Origin: an uncultured Gemmatimonadales bacterium
Lineage (GTDB): Bacteria; Gemmatimonadota; Gemmatimonadetes; Gemmatimonadales; Gemmatimonadaceae
DNA length: 64,000 bases
NCBI GenBank assembly: GCA_963850905.1
Contig: CAWKMU010000004.1
Coordinates: 1-64,000, forward strand
Direction of reading: 5' to 3'
The notes under the pieces were generated by a model. The model ran no database searches, was not told where the DNA came from, and saw only the letters and a list, made by a program, of their open reading frames with translations. Of the stretch, positions 30,717-40,289 are shown in pieces (position 1 is the stretch's first letter; every line of letters begins with the position of its first letter). The position numbers and the translations under genes were made by a program.

Positions 30717-31427
30717 ATGACCGTGAATTCACATTTCGTTTCTGCGCGGGACGAGTCAGTTCGGATGTTTCGTCAGGACTGGCTGGAACGGATGAGCCGG
30801 GTGCACCCAGTGATCCCGCACTTCATATATCTGCCGGTGATCGCCGGTCTGCTGTGGTGGGCACCGACGCCGCCGCTCTTGGACGCGTGGCTGGTGGGAG
30901 CAGGACTCTTCCTGTGGACTGCGATCGAATACGTGCTGCACAGGCATCTGTTCCACGCTCCTGACGCCATCATGAGCGAGACGCATGATATCGCCGCTCG
31001 GCTCATGCCTGGCGAAGCCGTCATTCCCAAGCTGCCAGGGTGGCGGCACATCGTGTATTTCATCATGCATGGTGTGCATCACGAGTATCCGAGCGACTCA
31101 TCGCGGCTAGTCATGCCGCCCGGGGCGAGCGTCCCATTAGCGTTGGTATTCGCCCTGTTGTTTCGTGCCGTCGCGGGCGCTCATCTGTGGGCGCCGGCGT
31201 TTGCCGGATTCCTTGGTGGCTATCTCGTGTACGACACTGTCCACTATGCGGTGCATCATCGACGCATGCGCACGGCGATCGGCCGATACACCAAGTGGCG
31301 GCACTACCGACACCACTTTACCGATCCCGATCGCGACTATGGCGTGACGTCGCCTCTCTGGGACCTGATCATGGGCACACGCTCGCGACGGTCCGAGCTC
31401 TCGTACCCGAAATCGAGGCAGGCGTGA
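30717..31427 (+). CDS. Fatty acid hydroxylase / sterol desaturase superfamily (FA2H/Scs7-like)
   Basis: His boxes EYVLHRHLFH, HGVHH, HYAVHH, HYRHH; RLVMPP; YGVTSPLWD. Confidence 0.9.
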   Translation: MTVNSHFVSARDESVRMFRQDWLERMSRVHPVIPHFIYLPVIAGLLWWAPTPPLLDAWLVGAGLFLWTAIEYVLHRHLFHAPDAIMSETHDIAARLMPGEAVIPKLPGWRHIVYFIMHGVHHEYPSDSSRLVMPPGASVPLALVFALLFRAVAGAHLWAPAFAGFLGGYLVYDTVHYAVHHRRMRTAIGRYTKWRHYRHHFTDPDRDYGVTSPLWDLIMGTRSRRSELSYPKSRQA

Positions 31428-31530
31428 GGTCCAAGCCGGCGACCAGAGTCTGCCGATTGCATCTCGATGGGATGTGACTTGCGCTGTCGACGCACCCGCA
31501 CTGAGTAAAGCAGCACTACTCGAGGATCGA

Positions 31531-31974
31531 ATGATTTATCTCGTCCTGTGGCTTGCGTCAGCCATTTTCTTGGGTTGGCTTGTTATCGTCGCGTTGGGCG
31601 TCCTAGGCTTCGGGCTCCGCAAGGTAGGCTTTACGTTTGACCACTGGGCCGATCGACACCCGCGTCTTTCACGCCACGTTGCGAAGTGGTGGCGGGAGTG
31701 GGTCTTCGGGACCATCCTCGCGGTTGAGGTCGTCGTTGCAGCTGTAGGCGGTCCACGCGAGGGCATGCTACAGCGTGCCCTCACAGGATTAGGTCCCCTC
31801 GGCCTCGTGGCTGCCGCGGTGATTGTCGCTGGTACCCTACTATTCTGGGTTACGCGCATCGTCCTTTGCCGTGCGGGGAAGCACGTCGTGGGGCCGGCAA
31901 TGACTAATGCGCACCGCTTGCCGCAGCGGGTCACTGGGCAATCGGACCGTCCCGAAGCAGCGGCCCGCCTTTAG
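31531..31974 (+). CDS. Hypothetical membrane protein (about 3 TM)
   Basis: GAGGA RBS; hydrophobic segments. Confidence 0.5.
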   Translation: MIYLVLWLASAIFLGWLVIVALGVLGFGLRKVGFTFDHWADRHPRLSRHVAKWWREWVFGTILAVEVVVAAVGGPREGMLQRALTGLGPLGLVAAAVIVAGTLLFWVTRIVLCRAGKHVVGPAMTNAHRLPQRVTGQSDRPEAAARL

Positions 31975-32735
31975 CGCTAAGGGCATGCGCTCCATTCGCC
32001 AAGAGCGGGGTGGTTGGTTGCGCACGCTGCGGCGCCGCGCGGAGTGCGTTGGGCAGTCGCGGCGCACCCTCTTGCCGGCCTTGTCGAACGCGTCACCAAT
32101 TCTTCATCCGGTTGTGGCGTGGCATCGACGGCACGCCTGGAAGTGCGGCGGCTAGAGGCGCGGTGGGGTGCGCGCCTGGTGTGCGGAGTGCAGCCATGCA
32201 TGGCACCGGCCGGTGGCTGCGTGGGCGTGGCGGGCGCGCCCGGTGTACATGTGGCGTTGCCGACTGGCCGATTTGCACGCGTCGCCATGAGGCTAGCCGG
32301 CGGCACGCCCATTGCTGCCGCCTGCGCCATCTACGCGTACTGCTCGCCGTCCTGCGCCGTCGCGAATCGGCCGAGTTGTGGCAGGAACTCACCCGTCATC
32401 GGTGCGCCTTATGGACCGCGCCCATCTAGCGAATGAGCCGGCGCTATTCACGGCGTCGGTGCGCGTCATGCGCCAGAGATCGGGCGGCAGTGCACCGCTG
32501 GTCGCGTTCGCGACGCCCACATTGGGACTCAGTGGTCCTTTATGGGCGCTACGTGCAGCCGCGCCCGCGCCTTGCGAGGTGTCTGCGCCGCTCGTGGCCG
32601 CATTGGGCGGCAGCGAGGTGTCCTGGCTCGACACCGACGGCGGGGTAGCGCTCGAGGCTACGCGTGAGGTGTGGTCTTTCCCCGGTTTCGTAGACACCTC
32701 AGTGAGCCCGATTATGTTCGGGCGGGAGGTGTCTC

Positions 32736-33038
32736 ATGGGACGAAGGCGACGGTCATTCACGGCGGAGTTCAAACTCGAGGCCGTGCGATTGGCGAACGA
32801 GTCGGGGCGGCCGCCGGGTGAGATTGCGCGAGATCTGGGCATTCGACCGGACATCCTGCGGCGCTGGCGCGCGCAGCTGGGCGAGTCAGTCCGACGGCCC
32901 GGTGTGGTGGCCACGAGTGGGAAGCTGCTGACGCCGGAGGAGGAGATTCGCCGACTCCAACGTGAGAATGCGCTCCTGCGCGAGGAGCGCGAAATCCTAA
33001 AAAAAGCGACGGCCTTCTTCGCCAAGGATGCACGATGA
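32736..33038 (+). CDS. IS3 OrfA
   Basis: RRSFTAEFKLEAV HTH; leucine zipper ending EILKKATAFF; A7G -1 slippery site at 32999..33006. Confidence 0.93.
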   Translation: MGRRRRSFTAEFKLEAVRLANESGRPPGEIARDLGIRPDILRRWRAQLGESVRRPGVVATSGKLLTPEEEIRRLQRENALLREEREILKKATAFFAKDAR

Positions 33039-33631
33039 GGTTCGTGTTCATCCAAGCGCACGCCCGCATCTATCACATCACGACAATGTGCCGGGTGCTC
33101 CAGGTGTCGAGGGCCGGTTACTACGCCTGGCGTGCGCGGCCGCTCTGTGAGCGCGTGAAAGACGACGTCGTCCTGCGGGAGCGGATTCGGCAGATCCACA
33201 AACAAGTCAAGGGCCGCTATGGCAGTCCACGCGTGCGGATGGAACTCCGGGCGCTCGGGATCCGGTGTGCGAAGAAGCGGGTCGCGCGCCTGATGCGGGT
33301 GGAAGGGCTGCGAGCCAAGAGTGCTCGGCGCTATCGGGTGACAACCAACTCGGATCATGCCCAGCCGGTCGCGAGGAATGTGCTCGATCGGCAATTCTCG
33401 CTCACGAGCAATCCCGAGCCTGATCGGGTGTGGGCGGCTGATCTCACGTACATCCCGACACGGGAAGGCTGGCTCTATCTCGCGGTCATTCTCGACTTGG
33501 CCACGCGCCGGGTCGTCGGCTGGGCGCTGCGCGCGCGGCTCGATCAGGAGCTCGCGCTCAGTGCGCTCCGGATGGCGCTCACGCATCGGGGCGCCCGTGG
33601 CGGTCTGCATCATTCGGATCGCGGAGTGCAA

Positions 33632-35100
33632 CCCAGAGTCAATCGGTCGTCGCAACGGTTTGTGTGTGTGAGAGTAACAGCTCGTTCAGCGCTTCGGCAG
33701 GCGTTCTCCAGCCGAGCGTCTTGCGCGGTCGCGTGTTCAGCGTGAGCGCGACCGCAGCCACATCAGGGGCGTTGTGCGCGCTCAGATCCGTGCCCTTTGG
33801 GAAGTACTGCCGCAATAGTCCGTTCGTATTCTCGTTCGTCCCCCGCTGCCAGGGACTCTGCGGATCGCAGAAGTAGACCGCGAGCCCCGTATCAACGCGT
33901 AGTTGTGCGTGCTGTGCCATCTCTGCCCCTTGATCCCACGTCAGCGACCGCCGCAGTTGGGCGGGTAGTGTCTGGATCGCGCGCGTGATCGCATCACGCA
34001 CCGCCGGAGCACCGTGCCCGGCGAGCGCGGGCCCGTTCTTTGTGTCGGTCGTGCGCGCGCCAGCCGCGTGGCCCCGCATGCGCGGGAGGTGGAGCAGTAG
34101 CGTGAAGCGTGTAGTGCGCTCGACCAACGTGCCGATGGCGGAGCTGTCGAGGCCTAGGATCAGATCGCCCTCCCAGTGCCCCGGCACCGCGCGGTCGTCC
34201 GCCTCGGCTGGTCGAGCGCTGATCAGCAGGTCGGACGTGACAAAGCCTCTGCCCGCGGCCCGTGTGCGGGCACGCGGCACGCGCAACGCCCGGCCCGTGC
34301 GTAAGCAGGCGGTCAGCTCGCGACGGAGCGCGCCGCGGCCCTGGACGTAGAGTGCCTGGTAGATCGCTTCGTGGCTGATGCGCATGGTGGGATCCTCCGG
34401 GAAGTCGACGGGGAGCCGATGCGCGATCTGCGCCGGACTCCACGCGCGACCCCATCGCCGGTGCTGCCGACGCCCGTGCCTGCGGCCCCTCCACGGCACC
34501 GCCGGCCCGCGCGCCGCCGCGCCGTCCGGCGCCGTGATCACACCCGCGAGGCGGTCCTGCACATACTGCCGGAGCCGCGCGTCTGTCGCCAGCTTCGCCG
34601 GCTTCGGGCGGCGGCCCGCCCGGTCGGCGTGCCACTGCGCCGTGGTCGCACGGTAGTCGAGCGCGCCACCACGGGTCGCCGCATTCCGGCGCAGCTCGCG
34701 CGAGATGCTCGAGGGCGCGCGCCCAAGCTGGCGGGCAATCTCGCGGACGCCGTAGTGGTGGGCGTGGAGGAGCGCCAGCTGCTCGCGCTCGGCGAAGGAT
34801 AGATAGCGCCCCGACAGCGGCGACGCGGATGGGGCGAGATGTGACGGCGGCATGCCTCCAGCTTGTCGGAACCAGCGTGCCCCGACCACCCACGAGACTC
34901 GCGCATCGGCAACCGCGGTCTCGGAGTAGCAGCCGCGGGCGATAGCGCCCCAGAACCGCTGCCGGTCCTCACGCCGCCCGACCGGCGGGCGGCCCAGTGA
35001 ATGCAGCTTGCCACGTCCAGACCGATCCGAGCGCCGTCGCCTCGGTGCTGTCATCGCAACCTCCTCGGTGAGAGTGTTGCGACGACCAATTGAATCCACC
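33632..35100 (-). mobile_element. IS30-family insertion sequence, copy 2 (1469 bp)
   Basis: 3-bp TSD CAA (33629..33631 and 35101..35103). Confidence 0.95.
33639..35054 (-). CDS. IS30-family DDE transposase
   Basis: As copy 1, with one visible substitution (AHRLP vs AHWLP). Confidence 0.95.
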   Translation of the reverse strand: MTAPRRRRSDRSGRGKLHSLGRPPVGRREDRQRFWGAIARGCYSETAVADARVSWVVGARWFRQAGGMPPSHLAPSASPLSGRYLSFAEREQLALLHAHHYGVREIARQLGRAPSSISRELRRNAATRGGALDYRATTAQWHADRAGRRPKPAKLATDARLRQYVQDRLAGVITAPDGAAARGPAVPWRGRRHGRRQHRRWGRAWSPAQIAHRLPVDFPEDPTMRISHEAIYQALYVQGRGALRRELTACLRTGRALRVPRARTRAAGRGFVTSDLLISARPAEADDRAVPGHWEGDLILGLDSSAIGTLVERTTRFTLLLHLPRMRGHAAGARTTDTKNGPALAGHGAPAVRDAITRAIQTLPAQLRRSLTWDQGAEMAQHAQLRVDTGLAVYFCDPQSPWQRGTNENTNGLLRQYFPKGTDLSAHNAPDVAAVALTLNTRPRKTLGWRTPAEALNELLLSHTQTVATTD

Positions 35101-35530
35101 CAATATGCCAGTTTTGCGTATCAGCGCCTGCTCCAGCAAGCTGGGTTCGCCTGCAGTATGAGTCGCGTCGGCGATTGCTGGGATAACGCCGTGGTGGAGA
35201 GCTTCTTCGCCACACTCACGAAGGAGCTGCTAGTCGACGGCCTGTTCGCCACGCGGGCTGAGGCGAGTCGCGTCCTGTTCGAATTCATCGAGATCTGGTA
35301 CAATCGTCAGCGTCGGCATTCCTCGTTGGGCTACCGCACGCCGGCCGAGTTCGAGGAGCAGTTGCAGCAAGTCAGCTAACTCACGTGTCTACGAAATCGG
35401 GGCAACTCCAGTGTGCGTAGAGCGCATAATTGCCAATCTATCCTGCTCAACAACAATGCGGTGCCTGACCGCCTCTTCTAACCGATCTCGCTCAATAAGG
35501 CAACGGTTTGCCGAAGACGCCGCGCCTACC

Positions 35531-36160
35531 TCAATTCCTCCGCCGGAGACGCTCGGCATCTAGCTGGGTGGCCTCAAGAAGCCAGGGACGCAATGTCGGG
35601 TCTCGCTGAAGACGCTTACGCGCGCGCCTCAGCTGCGAGCGGACAAGCGCCGAGCTTCGTCCAACGCGGCGAGCAAAATCCCGAACGCGCTCTCCGTCCG
35701 CGATAACGCTCAGGGCGACCTCCTGGAACGATGGCGCGAGCCGCGCACACGCTCGGCGCACGGCAGCGTCGAGCTCCTCTGCGTCAAGGCGTTCACTCGA
35801 GTTGCTCGCCACTGCGAGATTGGGCACGGCGCGAAGCGGTACCCAACGGTCGGACAACGCACTTCCGGGTCGACGGGCGTGACGGCGGGCATCGTACAGG
35901 CGGCTCATCGTTGCCGCCCTGAAGTACGACCCACAGGTCGCGACGTCGATGGCCAGCAGATTTGCATTCACCGCAATGACAATCTCCTGGACGCAGTCCT
36001 CCGCCCGCGGCGCTGACATGTGTCGACGGAGGTATTGCATTGCCACTGCTCGCAATTGCGTCAACAGTTCGGACACAGCCTGATCCCGGCGCGGGCCTCC
36101 ATACACGCGTTGCGCCGTGTCGAGATAGGGAGCGAGCTCGGCAAACGAGCGAGGTGACAT
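35531..36160 (-). CDS. Divergent ECF-type sigma-70 factor
   Basis: Region 2-like AEDCVQE...YF...SRLYDARR; region 4-like FARRVGRSSALVRSQLRRARKRL. Confidence 0.75.
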   Translation of the reverse strand: MSPRSFAELAPYLDTAQRVYGGPRRDQAVSELLTQLRAVAMQYLRRHMSAPRAEDCVQEIVIAVNANLLAIDVATCGSYFRAATMSRLYDARRHARRPGSALSDRWVPLRAVPNLAVASNSSERLDAEELDAAVRRACARLAPSFQEVALSVIADGERVRDFARRVGRSSALVRSQLRRARKRLQRDPTLRPWLLEATQLDAERLRRRN

Positions 36161-36309
36161 TTGACGACCCCCAAAGCGGCGTTGTTGAGAGAACGGCCTC
36201 TCTAGAGAGAATTCTCCCCTCGTGGCGAAAACGTGACATCACACTCGCCGCGACCCGCTTTGCACCTCGAACAGAGACCAATTTCGTCCGGCGTGACTAA
36301 CCGACGGCG

Positions 36310-38112
36310 TCAGCGCTCTACGTCGGGCCTTCCGAGCGCGATCTCACGGACCGCCCGACGCACGCTGTGCATCAGCATTCGCTCTGGTGCGCTAAGCACA
36401 GCACGAAGCGCCGCGACCTCGACTGCTCGGAGTTGAGAGACCATGCCGCGAAGTGTGCTCAGGGTCGGCCCTCGGTTCGAGAATTCCCGATGGCGGGCAC
36501 GCGCAACGGCTGCCGCCCGCTCCGCTTGCTCAACGACTGCCTTCGCCACGTCACGTTCGCTCGCGAGGCAATTGGCTCCCCGGACGTAGGCCTCTCCCGA
36601 CACCACCGCTGCGGAGCGGGCTGTCTCCGATCTCGCGCTCGCGGCCACGGTTCGCTCGAGCGGCCCCAGTTGCTCGGGATCCAGATCGAGCACACGCCAA
36701 GCGTGCGGGCCACCTCGGGCAGCCCGAATGGCGTGAAAGCGATCTAGCGCTCGATCGGGATCGGAGTACACCGTCTCCAAACCCCGACGGAACTCTTGAG
36801 CGAGCACTGACTCACCGCGAACCTGCGGCTCTCCGAGCGTAATCGGCAGCGCTTCGCCTTCCAGTCGTTCGCGTTGGGAATGGAGCGATCGCGTCTCAAG
36901 AGCTCGCTCCGCGTCAATGGCGCGGCTCCCGGCTTCGACGATCGCGCTAGCGACATTGCGTGTGGTCGTCTGCGCGGCTGGAAACACTACCGACCCCAAC
37001 GATCGCCAGCCACGTTGCTCCGTCACCGGCTCCAGTGCCGCCCTGAGCGCCTCGCGCGCCGCTGAAGGAGACGAGTGCGTCGAGATCCGCGTGAACGCTG
37101 CGCGGACCTTTTCCGTATCCGTAACGTCCGGCCACACCTGGCGCAGCGCGCGATCAAAGTCTTGCCACGCGCCGTCGGCTCGCGTGAGGGCCGCGTCCAG
37201 AACGTTGAACCGATGCCGGGCGCCAGCCAGTATGGTCTCCGCCTCCGCCGCTGCACGATCGGCCGCTAGTGCCTGACCATGCTTCGTCACCGCATCACGC
37301 ACTTCCATGATGCGCTCATGATCTGGTGTCGGAGCCCGTGGGACGGGCTCGCCAAATCGTTTGGCAAGCGCTGGCCCCGAGCAGTCAGGTGCCACCTGCG
37401 ACGCGCGCACGTGCCGCTCGCCGTCTGTCACGACTGCACCCCGCTCGCGCGCTTCAACCCACAGCCCGGCCACGTCGAGCCGCTTCGCGAGATCGGCCCA
37501 CGACGTCGCGCGCCGCCAATCGGAGAGCCGCTCACGCGCGCGCTCAAGAAGGGACAGGTCCGGACGCGGTAGAGTGTCGCTGAGCCTGAGCGACGCTGTG
37601 AGTTCCGCCTCGATCGCCGGGGATCGACCGACCGCGGGCGTAAGCCGTCCTGGAATTACACGAAGTCCGAGATTCCGCTCTTCTTCACGCAACACCCGCT
37701 GCGTCACCACCATGTCATGCCACCGGTCCCAGGCCCGGAGCGTGTCAGGATGCACCCGGTTGACCATCACATGGATGTGCGCGTGCGAGCGATCCTTGTG
37801 CGCGACCAGCAAGGCCTGGTGTTCCGACAGCTTATGAGCCGCGAGGACCCGATCCACAATCCGTTCCATGTCTGACCGCGAAACGGCGTCCCTCCGGTCA
37901 AAGGAGAGCACGAAGTGATACACGGGGTGCTGCACTCGACGATTCTGAGCGGCCGTCTCGCGCATGATTTTCCCAGCCAACTCGATATCTTCGGTCGGGA
38001 GATTGCGCTCCGCGCTCCAGTCGACGCGACCGAGCTCTTCTCCGGACCGGCCGAGACGAAGATAGGCCGCCAATCCGCGGAAGCTCGCTCCGCTACTCGA
38101 CACTGAAATCAC
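36310..38112 (-). CDS. Relaxase (MobA/VirD2-like, MOB-P type)
   Basis: SFRGLAAYL (motif I Tyr), VYHFVLSF (motif II), HKDRSHAHIHVMVNRVHP (HUH motif III). Confidence 0.92.
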   Translation of the reverse strand: MISVSSSGASFRGLAAYLRLGRSGEELGRVDWSAERNLPTEDIELAGKIMRETAAQNRRVQHPVYHFVLSFDRRDAVSRSDMERIVDRVLAAHKLSEHQALLVAHKDRSHAHIHVMVNRVHPDTLRAWDRWHDMVVTQRVLREEERNLGLRVIPGRLTPAVGRSPAIEAELTASLRLSDTLPRPDLSLLERARERLSDWRRATSWADLAKRLDVAGLWVEARERGAVVTDGERHVRASQVAPDCSGPALAKRFGEPVPRAPTPDHERIMEVRDAVTKHGQALAADRAAAEAETILAGARHRFNVLDAALTRADGAWQDFDRALRQVWPDVTDTEKVRAAFTRISTHSSPSAAREALRAALEPVTEQRGWRSLGSVVFPAAQTTTRNVASAIVEAGSRAIDAERALETRSLHSQRERLEGEALPITLGEPQVRGESVLAQEFRRGLETVYSDPDRALDRFHAIRAARGGPHAWRVLDLDPEQLGPLERTVAASARSETARSAAVVSGEAYVRGANCLASERDVAKAVVEQAERAAAVARARHREFSNRGPTLSTLRGMVSQLRAVEVAALRAVLSAPERMLMHSVRRAVREIALGRPDVER

Positions 38113-38142
38113 ACGCGGTCCGGTCTTCGGATTCGAGCCCGA

Positions 38143-38460
38143 TTACAGGCGAGCAATCGCGTCCAGCGTCGCCTGATAGACCGCGGTGAGAAGGACGACC
38201 TGGTTGTCGTCGCCCTTTGGCGTCATCGATCGCAACAGTCGTCGAAGATCGGTCGCGATGCGCCCGAGCTCGTACACCGCCCAGGCCTGGTGGGCGCGCC
38301 GGCGACCGTGAGGTGTCGCTCGGAGCGCCGCTCGCCGCACGTATTCCGAAACCGAGATGCCGCATTCGGAGGCGTACGCAGCAATGCGCGCCCACTCCTC
38401 CGGGCGCCAGCGATGGTCTGTGCGCCGTGTGCGGCGCGCGGGTCGTGTGGCGTTTGGCAA
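38143..38460 (-). CDS. mobC: MobC-like ribbon-helix-helix relaxosome accessory protein
   Basis: RWRPEEWARIAAYASECGISVSEYVRRAAL...ELGRIA; immediately upstream of the relaxase. Confidence 0.8.
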   Translation of the reverse strand: MPNATRPARRTRRTDHRWRPEEWARIAAYASECGISVSEYVRRAALRATPHGRRRAHQAWAVYELGRIATDLRRLLRSMTPKGDDNQVVLLTAVYQATLDAIARL

Positions 38461-38799
38461 CGGGGTCTCTCGATTGATCGTTGTGCTCGAGACCTGAGAC
38501 GACGTCTTCGTCACCCCACGACCAGCATCGAACAGGCCAACAACAAGGGATCTCGTGAGCGAGCCCCTTCTACTACATACGATGGAATCGTGCAAAGCGT
38601 GCCTGATGTCACGGAAAGCGGTAGAGGAGAGACTCCTGAGATAGACGCTGAAAAGCACTCGACCTTTGACACTCTCCCACCGGCGCCTGGGCACATGAGC
38701 GAGTCCGACAGGGCAGATCTTCTCCATCCACCACGCTCTCCTCCGACGGCGGTAGCATTTGGCGAGCATGTCCGCAGTCCGCACGACCCCGTGGCGGTC

Positions 38800-40017
38800 A
38801 TGTCAACGACGGCCGACGCCCTCTATCAGTTCTTCGAACCGATGGAATTCACGCTGGTGGCAATGCTCCGCATCCTCTACGCGCAATCGTGCAGGAAAGG
38901 CCGCATCGTGCCACCCGTCCCACCTGGCGAGGAAGTCACGCTGGACGTCAAGGATGACGAGCTCGCCGCCCGCCTACACTGCTCGCTCAATGCGATCAGC
39001 GCGATGCGTCGGTCGATCCAGCACGGCGTCTCGCCAGTCGCCGTACTCGTGCGCAGCGTCACTCCGGTGACACGCCAGTACGGATCCCTCACCGCGGTCC
39101 ATTGCTGGCGCTGGGTCTTCTACGACGTGGACCCCGAACTCACGCCTCAACTCGTGGAGCACGCCCATATGTTGGCGCTGGCACGAGCGACTCGACTCCG
39201 AGGCAGGGGTCGGCGTGTGACGATTGGCATAACTCTCGAAGGACGCCGCGCGGAGCTCGTGCGACAGCGCTCGGCGAAACACGCACCGAAAGAGCGGGGC
39301 GCCGAGCAGGACACCAGGACCCGGGATGCGGGCGGACCGTCGGCCGTCCACCACCGTCGCGCGTACCCGGACCGCCCGGGCGCCGTCCCGCCGTCCGCGG
39401 CACCACCATCAGGTGCCGTCACGGGCGCACGATCAGGTGCCGCCGCGTCGCCAGGACCAGGTGCCGCTCGGGCTCCTGTTCTCGAAGCCCGATCCCCAAC
39501 TACGAACCACATGTACGTCACAAGCTGTGGAATACAAGAGCATGTAAAAGAACATGTAGTTCGAGCCGCACGAGCCACGCGTGCCCCCCGTGCACACCCG
39601 AGAGCAACCCGCGGCGGCGTGCGACGAACCGAGGCTGCCGGACGATACGGCGACTATCGGCGGGTCCTCATGGCGAACGCCGGAGCGAGTCGTGCCGACC
39701 TCGCCGATTTTGAGGGCTTCCTCGAACGCTACGTTCAAGCGCTTCGGCCAGGGAAGGGTCAGTTAGCGTGGCCACAATACCGGGGATTTTTTCGCCATTG
39801 GAAAAAGCTCGGGGACGCGCGAGCAACGGGCATCGCAGCGACTGTGCTTGAGCGCGTCCGCGAAGGAAGCGTGCGGTCGCCAGACGCCTATTTGATGGCC
39901 GAGCTGCAACGCTGCGCTGCGCTCGCGGTTGGGAGGGCGGATTCGTCCGCGCATTGGATGGCGCGTGAGCTCACTGCGCGCCCGCACCCGTCGGCAGCGA
40001 GGGACGAGGCGCCATGA
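38800..40017 (+). CDS. Putative replication initiator (N-terminal wHTH, linker with repeats); start uncertain
   Basis: DDELAARLHCSLNAISAMRR HTH-like; C-terminal VRSPDAYL. Lies between the mob genes and xis/int. Confidence 0.5.
   Translation: MSTTADALYQFFEPMEFTLVAMLRILYAQSCRKGRIVPPVPPGEEVTLDVKDDELAARLHCSLNAISAMRRSIQHGVSPVAVLVRSVTPVTRQYGSLTAVHCWRWVFYDVDPELTPQLVEHAHMLALARATRLRGRGRRVTIGITLEGRRAELVRQRSAKHAPKERGAEQDTRTRDAGGPSAVHHRRAYPDRPGAVPPSAAPPSGAVTGARSGAAASPGPGAARAPVLEARSPTTNHMYVTSCGIQEHVKEHVVRAARATRAPRAHPRATRGGVRRTEAAGRYGDYRRVLMANAGASRADLADFEGFLERYVQALRPGKGQLAWPQYRGFFRHWKKLGDARATGIAATVLERVREGSVRSPDAYLMAELQRCAALAVGRADSSAHWMARELTARPHPSAARDEAP
39408..39466 (+). repeat. Three AYCAGGTGCCG direct repeats with exact 24-bp period
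   Basis: Copies at 39408, 39432 and 39456, followed by an A-rich tract at 39501..39560. Confidence 0.8.
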
Positions 40018-40289
40018 CGAATCGAAGATCCGCCAGTTCTTCTCGCGCCCGACACGCACCCGCGCCCACGATTCCCGTGTATGTGTGCCGTATCCTGGAC
40101 GCCGCGCGGCAGGGGTTTGCCCGGCGCGGAAAGGTGACCGCCGTTGAAGTCTGGCACGATGCGTACTGCAAGCTCCTACACGGGCGCGGCCCGTGCAATT
40201 GCGATCCCGACATTGTGTTCGCCTACAACGACGGGCGGCGCGCTGATGCCCCACCAATGAAAGCGGCCAACAATGGGGCGCCAGCATGA
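40014..40289 (+). CDS. Small protein with HDxxC...CxC putative Zn site
   Basis: VWHDAYC...GPCNCDPDI; ATGA overlap with the upstream gene. Confidence 0.6.
   Translation: MTNRRSASSSRARHAPAPTIPVYVCRILDAARQGFARRGKVTAVEVWHDAYCKLLHGRGPCNCDPDIVFAYNDGRRADAPPMKAANNGAPA

Larger units (their letters stand above)
33035..35379 (+). pseudogene. IS3 OrfB split by IS30 inside HSDRGVQ|Y
   Basis: WAADLTYI...HHSDRGVQ ends at 33631 and resumes as QYAS at 35101. Confidence 0.93.
32672..35410 (+). mobile_element. IS3-family element, copy 2, interrupted by IS30
   Basis: 26-bp IRs TGGTCTTTCCCCGGTTTCGTAGACAC / TGGAGTTGCCCCGATTTCGTAGACAC; TG...CA ends; 3-bp TSD GTG (32669..32671 and 35411..35413). Confidence 0.95.

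Noticed and set aside
1..35410. Classical composite transposon bounded by the two IS3 copies
   Set aside because: Copy 2 has its own GTG TSD on both sides, and rejoining its flanks restores an ORF start (MRSTHTSRVASS, minus strand). This favours a simple insertion. The outer-left flank is not visible.
35438..35446. CTATCCTGC resembles the RP4/VirD2 nic consensus YATCCTG^Y
   Set aside because: The match is short, lacks an evident adjacent inverted repeat, and lies downstream of the mob genes. oriT is more plausibly at 38460..38800, where I could not identify a nic site.
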